DNA of 63,976 nucleotides, counting the filler, from Limisphaerales bacterium (GTDB taxonomy: Bacteria; Verrucomicrobiota; Verrucomicrobiia; Limisphaerales; SIBE01), in NCBI GenBank assembly GCA_044225505.1. It is 8 parts of 8 records of this genome, joined end to end, with 100 filler letters (N's around TTAATTAATTAA, not from the genome) between each part and the next. Parts side by side here need not be neighbours in the genome. Positions count along the whole stretch, not along the records: positions 49,452 to 57,094 come from JBGAIN010000273.1; positions 57,195 to 63,976 come from JBGAIN010000283.1; 6 more parts are not named here. The stretch is one strand, 5' to 3'. A program made the translations under genes and the position numbers. This document shows positions 53,444 to 63,976 of the stretch, in pieces. Each line of letters opens with the position of its first letter. The first letter of the stretch is position 1. The notes under the pieces are model-generated. The model had not been told where the DNA came from. It was given only the letters and a program-made list of their open reading frames with translations, and made no database searches.

Positions 53444-54739
53444 ATGAAAGCCCACCTGAACCGCCGCTCGTTCCTGCGCTATGGCGCCTGTTCATTGGCC
53501 GTCGCTCCTTTGCTTATCCCCGCTGTGAGTCTGGGCCGCGGCGCCGAGGTCGCGCCAAGCGGCCGCATACAGGTCGGATTCATCGGCACGGGCGATCATG
53601 GAATGGGTTACAATTTGCCCCCCTACCTTCGCCATAAAGACGCCCGGGTCGTGGCCGTCTGCGACGTCGACGCGCGACGACGCTTGCGTGCGAAAGAAAC
53701 GGTCGATGCCCATTACCAGGACGAGTCGTGCTTTGCGACGAGCGATTTCCGCGAACTGCTCGCCCGGCCTGGCATCGACACGGTGATGATTTCGACGCCG
53801 GACCATTGGCACACGTTGATCAGCATGATGGCCATTGCCGCTGGCAAAGATGTGCAGTGTGAAAAGCCGTCGCTGACCATCGACGAAGGGAAGCGTCTGA
53901 TTAAAGCCGTGCGCAAGAATCAGAAAGTGTTTCAAACCAGCACGGAAGATCGCTCGGTTCCCGTCTATCATCGAATGGCCGAACTGGTAAGGAACGGCCG
54001 AATCGGGAAGCTGCAGCGGATTGATGTCATCCTGCCGAAACAACCTACCGTGCCTGGAGATGCCACCCCACAGCCTGTGCCGGCAGGATTCGACTACGAC
54101 ATGTGGCTCGGCCCGGCCCCTGCCGCTCCTTACAACAAGGATCGCGTGCACTTCAACTTTCGCTGGATCACGGATTATTCCGGCGGGATCATCTGTGACT
54201 GGGGCGCGCATCTATTTGACACGGCGCAATGGGCGAACGATACGGAACGGAGCGGGCCGGTCGAAGTCGAAGGAACGGGAACATATTGGCAAGGCGGTCT
54301 TTATAATACCGTGAAAGAGTACGATGTGACGTATCGCTATGCCAACGGAGTCGTCATGACCTGCCGCCCGGGCAACCCCTCAATTAGATTCACTGGGACG
54401 GACGGATGGGTCGGCAATACCGGGTGGCGCAGCCCGCTCGAAGCGAGTTCCAAAGAGATTCTAGAGTCGAAGATTGGGCCTGAGGAAATCCATCTTTATA
54501 CCAACCCGAACGGGGAGCATGATGATTTTTTGCAGTGCGTGCGCAGTCGCAAAGACCCTTATTTTCCTGTCGATATTGGACACCGCGTCTCCACGGTTTG
54601 CCATTTGGGAAACATCGCCATTCAGTTAGGCCGGAAGCTTCGTTGGGACCCGGCCAAGGAAGAGTTTATCGAGGACGCCGCAGCGAACGCCCTTCGAACC
54701 CGGCCTCTCCGAGCGCCGTGGAAATGGCCTGAAGTCTAG
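53444..54739 (+). CDS. Tat-exported Gfo/Idh/MocA family oxidoreductase
   Basis: NRRSFL Tat motif; STPDHWH, CEKP, DWGAHLFD. Confidence 0.92.
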   Translation: MKAHLNRRSFLRYGACSLAVAPLLIPAVSLGRGAEVAPSGRIQVGFIGTGDHGMGYNLPPYLRHKDARVVAVCDVDARRRLRAKETVDAHYQDESCFATSDFRELLARPGIDTVMISTPDHWHTLISMMAIAAGKDVQCEKPSLTIDEGKRLIKAVRKNQKVFQTSTEDRSVPVYHRMAELVRNGRIGKLQRIDVILPKQPTVPGDATPQPVPAGFDYDMWLGPAPAAPYNKDRVHFNFRWITDYSGGIICDWGAHLFDTAQWANDTERSGPVEVEGTGTYWQGGLYNTVKEYDVTYRYANGVVMTCRPGNPSIRFTGTDGWVGNTGWRSPLEASSKEILESKIGPEEIHLYTNPNGEHDDFLQCVRSRKDPYFPVDIGHRVSTVCHLGNIAIQLGRKLRWDPAKEEFIEDAAANALRTRPLRAPWKWPEV

Positions 54740-54852
54740 CGAGACGGTGCCTCAGACTTGTTCTGACCGCTAGGTCCCTTTAATTTCGTTGCGCTCAAAT
54801 TGGCCTGGGGCGAGGCGTGACAAGCGTCGTGCTTCAAGGTCACGAGGCTTCG

Positions 54853-57094
54853 TCATTCGGAACGCAGAAAAGCGAGCAGATCGGCTAACTCCTGTTTCGT
54901 CATGGCTTTCTCCAACTCAGAAGGCATCAAAGAAGTCCGGGACGCAGTGAACGAAACAATTTCGGTGCGAGGCACAACTTCCTGCTCGCCCAGAGCCCGG
55001 CGCAAAGTCACCGTCCCCTCCGTTTCCGAAACGAGAATCCCATTGAGACTTCGGCCATCTTTGGTCTCGCATTCGTAGTTCTCAAAACCGGTGTAAATCT
55101 CCCGGTCAGGGATCAGAATGTGCAAAAGAAGGGCCTCGGGCGGTTGATTGCGCACGCCGGTCAAATCTGGCCCGACCTTGAACCCCTCGCCTTTTCGTTG
55201 GTGACATGTCGCACAGACTCGTGCAAACACCTCGTGGCCCGACCTTGGATTTCCCTCGAATTGCAGAACGGATCGGTACTCGTCGTAAACGCGGGAACGA
55301 TCGGAGCTGCCTGCCGATCCAAAAACCCGCTCCGCGATGGCCCGACTCGAGGGGTCAGCATGGCCAAGCAGAGCTTTACGCCGATTTGCCGGCACCGCCC
55401 AGGTTGGGACGACTCCTGCGTCGATGGCTCTCAGCAAGGCGGGCGTTTGCCCGGGCCGCCGCAAAACCGATCCGACGATCATTTCGCGAATGACCGGAGT
55501 ATAGCCAGCCCAGCGAGCCGGTTCGAGCACGCTTTCCGCGGCAGCGACGGCATCGAATTGCGTCATGGCGCGGGCCGCTGCGAGCTGGAGGTCTTTCGGT
55601 TGAGCCGGTGCCAACAGGTCCGCCAAAATCGGTCCTCCGCGCGGAAAATCGCAGTCTCCAAGCAGCGTTACCGCAGTGATGCGACGAAATAACGGCGCTC
55701 CCGCATCCCGCGCCAAGTCGGTCGCCCCGTTGAGAATGGCCTCCACGCGTTCTGGACCCCACCGGGTCGAGCTCTGTCGAAGGAACGCCAGTAACGGGGG
55801 TGAACCGTGCGAATCGAACCCACGCTGACGAATTCCCAGTGACAGACCATGCAACATGGCCAACTGCCAACTCGTGCCGGCAGCATTCTCGCCCATAACA
55901 TACTCCAACATGCGATCGGCATGAGGGCCTGCGCCGTACAAACGACCGAGATCCTCCGCCAATTGAACCCATGCTGAGGAGTCTTCGAGCCCATTTCGCG
56001 CGGCCATTCCTGGAGCCACGTCGCGCGGACCATGAAAGAGAACGTCAAGAAACTCCGGCGCGCGATCGCGTATTCCACTCAAGACCACAGCCCGGATCCA
56101 ACGATTCTCCAGTTCGCGACGCAAGATGGAAACCAAGGCCTCCGTCATGCGGCGGTAGTCGCCCTGCCCCAGGCAGTAGGCCAACTGGTAACGCACCGCC
56201 GAGTTGGGATCCTCCGTCCATAGCTTCAAGAGCTCGCCCCCCACATCGGGAATCGGGTTGTGCCCGTCCGAATTCGGCTGCATTGCCATCCAGGCGGCTT
56301 CACGGACGCTTGGCGACGGCGCCAAAGTGGCGGCCAGCCAGCCGTTGAAGATCTCCCGATGCGTTTGCGACGGAAGACCGCGCGGGGATCTCTCCGGGCC
56401 GGAGAGCACTGACAATCGGTCGAAAAGTATTCGAATACGACGCGCGTCGCCTAAATGACGACCGAGGGGCTCGTCGGTCGCCTGACGCTGGGAGGCCGAG
56501 CGAGCCAAGGCCGCATCCGAAAGTTCGTTCGGAATCGGGCCCAGGTCAGCGATCAATCGCGCGGCCAAAACCGCGATGACATTGGTAAGCGGAAGATCCA
56601 ACAAAAGCCGATGCGCGGTTTGTCGAATCCACACCGTAGGCGCACCTAACGCCTCGACCAATCGCACCGTATCCGCGACCTCCAGGTCTTTCCAGTTGGC
56701 CCTCGACGCGTTTGGCTTCGCCAACTCCGAACGGGCAGACCGAATTCGCCAGATGCGTCCGCGATCTTTGCCAGAGATGAAGTCGATGCGCGGGCGCGCC
56801 TCTTCTGGAAGGTAATCCGGATGGTCAATGAACTTCCGATACATATCCGCGAGATACAGGGCGCCGTCCGGCCCGGTCCATGCCGATACCGGATGAAACC
56901 AAGGATCACTCGAAGCCAGAAAATCTCGATCGCCAGGCATCGGTTGACTGCGGAAGCTCGGCCCGTCTGGCCGCGCCACTTGGCGTTGCACGAGATTCTG
57001 GGCGGGTTCGCAAATAAACCAGCCCCCCTGCATCTCAGGTCCTAACGCTTCACCGTAGAACTGATGGATTCCGCAAGCGCTCGTGAACGTCCCA
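54853..57094 (-). CDS. PVC-type membrane-bound dehydrogenase-like protein with c-type heme domain (5'-truncated)
   Basis: GPDGALYLADMYR, GRIWRI, HEAT-like middle, CATCH, GPDLTG, SLMP..LE. Confidence 0.9.
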
Positions 57095-57194
57095 NNNNNN
57101 NNNNNNNNNNNNNNNNNNNNNNNNNNNNNNNNNNNNNNTTAATTAATTAANNNNNNNNNNNNNNNNNNNNNNNNNNNNNNNNNNNNNNNNNNNN

Positions 57195-58041
57195 CAGTCT
57201 GTCCGTAAAGCTCCATGTCTTTCCGGCCAAATGGCCAATTCCAGGAAGCCTGAATGATCCCTTGCGCGTGCGGATAAGTCAGGATCACCGTCGCTTCATC
57301 GTCCACCTTGGGATACACCAGGGGCTTAATCTGCTGCGTTACAGCCAGAACCGAAGTCGGCCTTGCTCCTTTCATCAGCCATGTCATCAAGTCCGCACCG
57401 TAACACCCGAAATCCATCAGCGCGCCGCCCCCGTTTAAAACCGGGTCGGTCAGCCATTCCAGGAATGCGGCGGAGCACCCGATCTCCTTGGGTCCAGAAT
57501 GGCCATCGTGCACCACGATCTTCCTTAATTCCCCAATGGCGTTGGTTTGGTGCACCCAGGCGTAGGCCGCATGATTCGCGGCATACCAAGTCGTCTCGTA
57601 ATTCACGATCACCTGAACTCCACCCTTTTTCGCCGCCGCCTCGATTCGCCGCGCATGGTCCAGGCTCACGGCCAGCGGCTTTTCCATCATCACATGAATG
57701 CCGCGCGCGGCGCAGGCCTCGACGACGCTCGCATGATCGAACGTGCTCGTAAAAGTCGCAACCGCTTGCACTTTGACCTTCTCAAGCATCTCACCCAGGC
57801 TCGCGTAGAAAAGGTTCGTGTTCAGATGATAGGTCTCCGCGTAACGCTTCACCAACTGCGGATTCGGTTCCACAATAGCCGCAAGTTGAACGTCCTTCCG
57901 AGATGCTGCCGACGGGATAAACCCTCGGGCATGATCATGCACCAACCCGACGATGGCATAACGAACAGGTTCGGTCGCCTCCTGCGCCAAGGCAGAAATC
58001 AAGCAACTCCCAACAGTCAACAGAAGCAGAAAGGGTCTCAT
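57195..58041 (-). CDS. Secreted Gfo/Idh/MocA family oxidoreductase (3'-truncated)
   Basis: IVGLVHDH, MMEKPLA, GGALMDFGCYG. Confidence 0.9.
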
Positions 58042-58274
58042 AGGTCCGGTGTTTTGCATCTACCTAGAACAGAACTCGGAGAAACACGAGCTCGGAAATA
58101 TATCCCGGACGAAACAGGCACTACTAGGCCTCTTTCGATTACGCCGGAGCTCTTTGTCGATGCCCCCCTGCCAAGGGATGATTCCGGAGCTAACCGCAGC
58201 TATGATGCGCCGTGTTTTTTACATCGGAACGGGTCTCGGTGAACTCTGTCAAATCGCTGGAGATTTCAGTTCCG

Positions 58275-59027
58275 ATGAAACCGACGCGGGCGTTTACACT
58301 GATTGAACTCTTGGTTGTGATTGCGATCATCGCGGTTCTTGCTTCGATGCTTTTGCCATCCTTATCCCGCGCCAAACTCGCCGCGTATTCGGTAAAATGC
58401 GTAAGCAACTTGCGTCAGATCAATCTGGCTCTCCAACTTTATGGAGATGACCACGAGCGCTATCCGTTCGGGAACTTTGTTGATGCCGGAAGTCCCCCCA
58501 TACTGACCAACAACTGGGCTTACTGTCTCCAACCCTACACTCAGAATCGCTCCGTCGACCCACTCTACCGATGCCCTACGGATAAGGAGTTCTTTAATCC
58601 TACGCTTGTCAACGGCAAGCCGGTCAGAGCGGGAAGCTATGGCTACAACCACATCGGCGTGACTGGCGGCACTTCAGTTCCATTTGAGTTCTTCCTCGGG
58701 CTAGCGGGCACCCGCAGCTCCTTAATCCGGGTTCCAAGTGATATGATTGCGCTGGGAGATGGTTATTTGGAGGTAGCTCCCGGAGCACGCTTGTTTCTCG
58801 GTAACGGAGCGATCGGCATCAACGCTAACGGCAAGGATGGCTACCAACCCAAGGACGCTCTCAATTCCGTCAAAAAACGACATAGCGGAAAACTGAACGT
58901 GTCGTTCTGTGACGGGCACGTGGAAAGCATCAAATACGACACCTTGCTTCTCGATAAGTCCGATTCGGCCCTCCGCCGCTGGAATTTCGATAATGAGCCC
59001 CATCGCGAGCTCCTGATCCCACCGTAA
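58275..59027 (+). CDS. Prepilin-type N-terminal cleavage/methylation protein with H-X9-DG C-terminal motif (DUF1559-like)
   Basis: AFTLIELLVVIAIIAVLASMLLPSL; C.SNLRQ; HSGKLNVSFCDGHVE. Confidence 0.92.
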   Translation: MKPTRAFTLIELLVVIAIIAVLASMLLPSLSRAKLAAYSVKCVSNLRQINLALQLYGDDHERYPFGNFVDAGSPPILTNNWAYCLQPYTQNRSVDPLYRCPTDKEFFNPTLVNGKPVRAGSYGYNHIGVTGGTSVPFEFFLGLAGTRSSLIRVPSDMIALGDGYLEVAPGARLFLGNGAIGINANGKDGYQPKDALNSVKKRHSGKLNVSFCDGHVESIKYDTLLLDKSDSALRRWNFDNEPHRELLIPP

Positions 59028-59265
59028 TGCTTGGCTTTTTTCAATAGGAGTCCGAGCACCTGAGCGCCCGCTGTCGGTTGTGACAACGGACGTGCACAGC
59101 GGTCTTAGAATGCTGACCCGCGGCGATTAACCGCGGTTTTATCTTGTCCGCGCACGCATTACAGATTACTGAAAGGAAGCCAGTTCCATTCCAAAATAAT
59201 CATTTGGCAGAAACATCCCAGCGCATAGGACGAGCCGGTAAGTATTAAACTGGAATTGCATCCCC

Positions 59266-60996
59266 ATGACCACACCTCCCCATTCAGAATTGGCCCGCAT
59301 CACAGCGGGTATCCGGCGAGTAATCACCAGGGCGGCTCTTGGTTTGGCGGCGAGCCTGTTTGCATCGGTTGGGGCACTCGTAACACAAGCGGCGGATTAT
59401 CATGTCGGTCCCGGTCAAACGTTCAACTCCATCGGGGCTCTCCCGTGGACCACATTCGCCCCAGGCGATATCGTTTACATTCATTGGCGGGCTGAGCCCT
59501 ATCGAGAGAAGATTCTGATCAGCAACAGCGGCGCCCCCGATCGACCGATTCGAATCCGCGGTGTGCCAAGCGAAACCGGGCTGCTCCCGGTGATCGATGG
59601 GGAGAACGCCAGCACCAGCAGCCAGTTCAAGTTCCCCTACCCAGGCACCGCGTCCCGTGGCTTGGTCGTGGTGAGCCGCAGCCAGGACCAGGTCGACGGA
59701 TACAAGCCGAAACATATCGAAATCGACGGTCTCGAACTCCGCAACGCGGCTCCAATCTATACGTTTCTGGACGAGCAAGGCGCGGCCACTCCCTATCGGC
59801 CCAATGCCTCCTCAGTCTTCGTCGAGCGCGGAGAGAATATCTCCATCATCAATTGCATTATCACCGGTTCCGGAAACGGTCTATTCGTGGCGTCCAGCGA
59901 TAGCGAAGCGTTTCAGGCGCGCCAGATTTTAATCCAAGGAAATGAAATATTCGGCAACGGCAACGCGAATAGCGATCGCGAACACAACCTCTATACCGAG
60001 GCCATCGGCATCACTTTTCAATTCAATCGGATGCGCCCGTTGCGCGCCGGCGCCTTGGGCAACAATCTCAAAGATCGGTCCGCTCGAACCGTCGTGCGGT
60101 ATAACTGGATCGAAGGCGGGGCGCAACAGCTTGATCTCGTGGACCCGGAAGGAAGCTATACCCAAGCCCTGGCCGATCCTGGTTATAGATCTACTTTCGT
60201 TTACGGCAATGTTTTCATCAACGAACCGACCAGTGCGAGCGTCGTGCACTATGGCGGCGATAGCTCCGTGACCGATATTTACCGGAAAGGCACGCTCCAT
60301 TTTTACCATAATACCGTCATCTTCCGCTCTGACCAAACTCTCCGCTGGCGCGTCGCTCTCCTGCGTCTCGATACCAATGATGAGAGCGCGGATGTACGCA
60401 ATAACATCCTCTACAATCTGGCAGCGAGTCCGGGAGCGCCACTGAGCGAGATGTCGCTCATGCAGACCTATGGCCAGGCCAATCTAGGGGTCAACTGGGT
60501 GAGCGATGGGTGGCTGCCCGCCAGAACCGGCGTGCCTTTTGAGGGAACGCTCACCGGAACGGAATTCCTCCTGACCGGGACAGATCCGGGCTTAGCCTCG
60601 GTCGCCACGGGCGATTTCTCTCTGAAACCCGGTTCGGTATCGGTGGACAAAGCCACGGCCCGGGCGGCGGCGGTTCCCGAAGAATTTGAGGTCACCCAAC
60701 AGTATCTCCCTCACGCCCGAGGCGCCGAGCGTGTGCGCACTGGCACCGCCCTGGATCTGGGCGCGTTCGAGTTGGGCGTCAGCGGCCCGTTCCTGTCCAT
60801 GCAACGTCTTCCCTCGGGCCAACGGCAGATCGCGCTACGCGGTCCGGCCGGGACCTATCGACTCGACGTCTCCACCGATTTCAAATTGTGGCGCGAATCA
60901 GCCACTCGGACCAACACCAGCGACAGCATTGAATTTCCGCTCATCGAGGCCGGAAGTCTCGGACTGTACCGGGCGGTCCTCCTCCCACCACCATGA
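59266..60996 (+). CDS. Secreted right-handed beta-helix (pectate-lyase-like) protein
   Basis: YHVGPGQ, PGDIVYIH, EHNLYTE, DLGAFE; Asn-rich coils. Confidence 0.75.
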   Translation: MTTPPHSELARITAGIRRVITRAALGLAASLFASVGALVTQAADYHVGPGQTFNSIGALPWTTFAPGDIVYIHWRAEPYREKILISNSGAPDRPIRIRGVPSETGLLPVIDGENASTSSQFKFPYPGTASRGLVVVSRSQDQVDGYKPKHIEIDGLELRNAAPIYTFLDEQGAATPYRPNASSVFVERGENISIINCIITGSGNGLFVASSDSEAFQARQILIQGNEIFGNGNANSDREHNLYTEAIGITFQFNRMRPLRAGALGNNLKDRSARTVVRYNWIEGGAQQLDLVDPEGSYTQALADPGYRSTFVYGNVFINEPTSASVVHYGGDSSVTDIYRKGTLHFYHNTVIFRSDQTLRWRVALLRLDTNDESADVRNNILYNLAASPGAPLSEMSLMQTYGQANLGVNWVSDGWLPARTGVPFEGTLTGTEFLLTGTDPGLASVATGDFSLKPGSVSVDKATARAAAVPEEFEVTQQYLPHARGAERVRTGTALDLGAFELGVSGPFLSMQRLPSGQRQIALRGPAGTYRLDVSTDFKLWRESATRTNTSDSIEFPLIEAGSLGLYRAVLLPPP

Positions 60997-63017
60997 AACT
61001 TCCAATGAACTCAGGCGCACTTCGTGCGCGAACCGTTTGCATCGCGGCCCTCTGCTTTTGCCTGGGTGCCCGCGCGGATGAACCAGGTCTTCGGCTGGTT
61101 TCCCCTGAAGATGGCGCCGTCTTCAAGCAGGGAGAACCGATCCTCTTGCAGGCCGAGCCGCGCGGAACTCAAGCGGGCGCGATTGAAAAAGTCGAATTCG
61201 TCAGCCGCTCGGTGATCGGAGAGGCGACCAACGCGCCATTTGCATCGTCGTGGACGGCGGTTCCTCCCGGGATCCATAGTATCTCGGTCCGCGCCAGAAC
61301 AGCCGCTGGGCTGGTGGAGTCTTGGAAAAGCACCATCGCGGTCTTGCCTCAGCCCAATGAAGTGGGAGCAGTGCACGTCGACGGGAACTACGGTGGCGCC
61401 GGCAGCGACGGCAGCGTCAAGGCGCCCTATCGCCGGATTCAGGAAGCGGTTGATAACGCGGTCAGCGGCGCCACCATCAAGGTGGCGGCCGGAGACTATC
61501 GCGAAGCCGTTGTCATCCGGGATAAGGATGTGCGCCTGATCGGGGGTTACACAGGCGCTTCCGCAGCGGTTTATTCGCAGGGCGGCAGTGGAGATTTTGC
61601 GAGTCGCACGGTCCGTTCCACCCGGGTGCTGGGCGAGGGCGCCGACCAGGTGATCGAGGTCGACTTCAATGGGACCACCCGATGGAGCATCGTTGATGGC
61701 CTCACCATTTCCGGCGGCAAACGGGGCGTTCAGGCTCATACCTTTGAGGATCCCACCGGGAAGTATTTTCTTTTGATGAACAGCGCCATCACCGGCAATG
61801 CCAGCGCGACGGATTCGGCCGGCGGAGTCTCCATTAACCAGGTGAGTACGGGAGTCCTCAGCAACTCGATCGCCGGCAATACCGCCCTGGGTTACGCCGG
61901 ACTGTTCGTCAATGGCACCGCGCTGACGGTGGGATTGATCAAAGGCAACAGCGTTGAAAACAACATTTCCACCGAGGATTACAGCCATGCCGCGGGAATC
62001 GCGTTTCGCGGGGCAGGCACCACCGGTTCAATCGTTCGCAACGTGGTGCGAGGGAATCGTGCTTTTTATGGCGCAGGGATTTTCGTGGATGGCGATGTGG
62101 CGTCCAATTTTACGCGACTCTCCTTCAACACCGTGACTCACAACAAAGGGATTTTTGGGACCGGCGAGTTTGTCGATGGCGGGGCCACCGCGATCATTGA
62201 GCACGACCTCATTGCCTGGAATGAGACGCTGAATCGCGAGTTTGGCGGAGCCTTCGGGGTCGATTCCGGTCCTGCCACCCACGCGTCGCTGATCAACTGC
62301 ACCGTTGCTTTCAATGCCAGTTACAACGACGAATTCTCGGGGGGGAACGGGTTGGGCATTACGGAAGATAACTCCGACCAAGTCACGGTGGAGGTGAAGA
62401 ATTGCATCTTTTGGCGCAACTCGATGGTCCCCGGCGGCAAAGAGATCAATGCTCCGGCCAATGGCGTGTTGCAGATCGCGTATTCCGACGTCGATCAACT
62501 TCTCGAAGCCAATGCGCACATTCAGCTGGGCACGGGCGTTTTCCGTGCGGACCCTCTCTTTGCCGATCCGCAACTGGAGGATTTCCATTTGCGATCGAAA
62601 GCAGGTCGTTGGAACCCCGGCGGCGCGAATGGGCAAGGGGCCTGGGTCTCGGATGATGCCGACAGCCCATGCCTCGATATTGGCGATCCCGCGTCTGTTT
62701 TCTCGCTGGAACCTACGCCCAATGGTGGCCGAATCAACCTCGGCGCATGGGGCAACACGATTGAAGCCAGCAAGAGCGGAGAAAGCCCTGGCTTTGCCTT
62801 CACCAATCTTCGTCTCCTTTCCAGCGGCGTCCGCGAGATCTCTGCATCCGGCCCGCCTGGCCGTTTTCAATTGCAAGCCGCCAGTGCGGTGGGTTCCTTG
62901 CAGACGACCTGGATAGATTTAGATGTCCTGACCAACACCGCGGGCGCGGTCGTGTATCGAGACAATTCCCCGTCGTCATCCCCTCACCGGTTTTATCGAG
63001 CGCGCTTGCTGCCTTAG
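60993..63017 (+). CDS. Secreted Ig-like + DUF1565/beta-helix protein
   Basis: GSVKAPYRRIQEAV, VAAGDY, NCIFW.N, SPCLDIGDP...GRINLGAWG. Confidence 0.75.
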   Translation: MKLPMNSGALRARTVCIAALCFCLGARADEPGLRLVSPEDGAVFKQGEPILLQAEPRGTQAGAIEKVEFVSRSVIGEATNAPFASSWTAVPPGIHSISVRARTAAGLVESWKSTIAVLPQPNEVGAVHVDGNYGGAGSDGSVKAPYRRIQEAVDNAVSGATIKVAAGDYREAVVIRDKDVRLIGGYTGASAAVYSQGGSGDFASRTVRSTRVLGEGADQVIEVDFNGTTRWSIVDGLTISGGKRGVQAHTFEDPTGKYFLLMNSAITGNASATDSAGGVSINQVSTGVLSNSIAGNTALGYAGLFVNGTALTVGLIKGNSVENNISTEDYSHAAGIAFRGAGTTGSIVRNVVRGNRAFYGAGIFVDGDVASNFTRLSFNTVTHNKGIFGTGEFVDGGATAIIEHDLIAWNETLNREFGGAFGVDSGPATHASLINCTVAFNASYNDEFSGGNGLGITEDNSDQVTVEVKNCIFWRNSMVPGGKEINAPANGVLQIAYSDVDQLLEANAHIQLGTGVFRADPLFADPQLEDFHLRSKAGRWNPGGANGQGAWVSDDADSPCLDIGDPASVFSLEPTPNGGRINLGAWGNTIEASKSGESPGFAFTNLRLLSSGVREISASGPPGRFQLQAASAVGSLQTTWIDLDVLTNTAGAVVYRDNSPSSSPHRFYRARLLP

Positions 63018-63198
63018 CTCGCGATCCGTCCAGCTCAAGCTCCCAGCGACACTTTGAATCCGTAGATCGGAGTGTCGCACCAGTTCGCCCTTTTGGTCTG
63101 CCTGGCCCCGGGACGGGCTCCACGAAACTAGCCCAGGGTAAGGTCGCCTCGCAAAGCCCCCACCTTGGGTCAGACCCTCCTGGAACGTCCTTCTGATC

Positions 63199-63524
63199 TC
63201 AGGATAGCCACCGTCCGGTGGAGGGGTTGTAATAGCGGTGGCCTGTTATTGCATCTGGAAAAACCCGGTACAGTGATATTCGTTTCGCGCGACGGCGGCG
63301 AGAACGTTCGATCGGCGGACAACACGGCGATCCCATCGAGAGCTTCACGGCTCTATCGCCTACGCCAACGACCCCCAGCTCGAAGGAAAATCGCCGATCA
63401 TTGCGTTGACCGTCTCTGCGATACAGCGCCTTTTGAGCCCTTAAAATCAAGCGCAAGGTCGAATCTTAACGTTAACGAAATCATAGGCCTCTGAGCAGCA
63501 TTTACTTGTCGTGGTGACACCAGA
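63199..63524 (-). other. IS-end-like motif + promoter-like box + leader + Rhs core-tip module, copy 2
   Basis: TCTGGTGTCACC-ACGA-CAAGT at 63524-63504; TGGCGTAGG at 63367-63359; GTG 63348 ORF ...[25 protein letters not shown]. Confidence 0.75.
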
Positions 63525-63819
63525 ACTCAAACGCGCTGTGCCCATCATCAGGAAGCGGCGATTCATGGCCAGGGCCTGTAATCACAAGCCATTCTCAAGT
63601 ACCTGCTGCCGCTCGTGGCCACCGGCAACGCTTTATATCGTCCGCTGAGGAAACCGCACCCCCAAGTTTCCACGCCTTTCCAAGAACAGCCGCTGCTTCG
63701 CCTCAAGCGTCAACATCTACATTGCATTCTGCGAAACTGACCCTGCGATGCGAGATGATCGGCGCCAGAGTCTCGCGGAGGGGCTCTCCGCTTTGACCGT
63801 TTCCGCGTGTTCCGCGGTT

Positions 63820-63976
63820 CTATCGCTCGGCATTGGATCGGCCCCGCTCGGCCACAATGCGCTCGCATTGGACCTTGGGATAATGACCAAAGTTCACCAG
63901 TAAGCCGAGCTTGAGCTGCGTTGCTTTCAGGTAATTCTGGACTTGAGCCCGGTGCTCGTCGGTCAACTCGGTGACG
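63820..63976 (-). CDS. GxxExxY protein, C-terminal part (absent from the ORF track)
   Basis: VTELTDEHRAQVQNYLKATQLKLGLLVNFGHYPKVQCERIV...*. Confidence 0.85.
   Translation of the reverse strand, partial: VTELTDEHRAQVQNYLKATQLKLGLLVNFGHYPKVQCERIVAERGRSNAER

Overview
This window is not one locus. It holds eight ~7.6-9 kb draft contigs joined by artificial 100-nt N/TTAATTAATTAA linkers (9028-9127, 17330-17429, 25356-25455, 33472-33571, 41504-41603, 49352-49451, 57095-57194), plus a 20-N scaffold gap (21763-21782). Gene content suggests a GC-rich Verrucomicrobia/PVC bacterium: a DUF1559-type prepilin, a PVC-type heme dehydrogenase, LamG/CotH/lamin-tail surface proteins and many glycoside hydrolases. 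Recognisable genes are hpnJ, an hpnH-like gene, rpsA, a parC-like topoisomerase A subunit, a damaged recF, an ABC exporter and Gfo/Idh/MocA oxidoreductases. One contig carries an RNA-repair-like neighbourhood (rtcB remnant, MJ1316/DUF504, two RlaP-like nucleotidyltransferases). Many genes have frameshifts or internal deletions. The most interesting signals are non-coding. (1) A dispersed module on separate contigs runs IS-end-like motif TCTnGTGTCACC-N4-CAAGT, then a promoter-like TGGCGTAGG box, then an Arg-rich leader conserved at DNA level, joined sharply at GCAATAACAGG to the Rhs core-tip motif; an apparently empty MITE-like form lies at 25913-26224. (2) A four-helix-bundle gene sits antisense between two nucleotidyltransferase genes, bracketed by direct-then-inverted 8-nt repeat arrays. 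(3) Similar periodic arrays with 9-, 11- and 12-nt units occur elsewhere. No rRNA, tRNA or CRISPR array was seen. All family names come from motif recognition by eye, not database searches.
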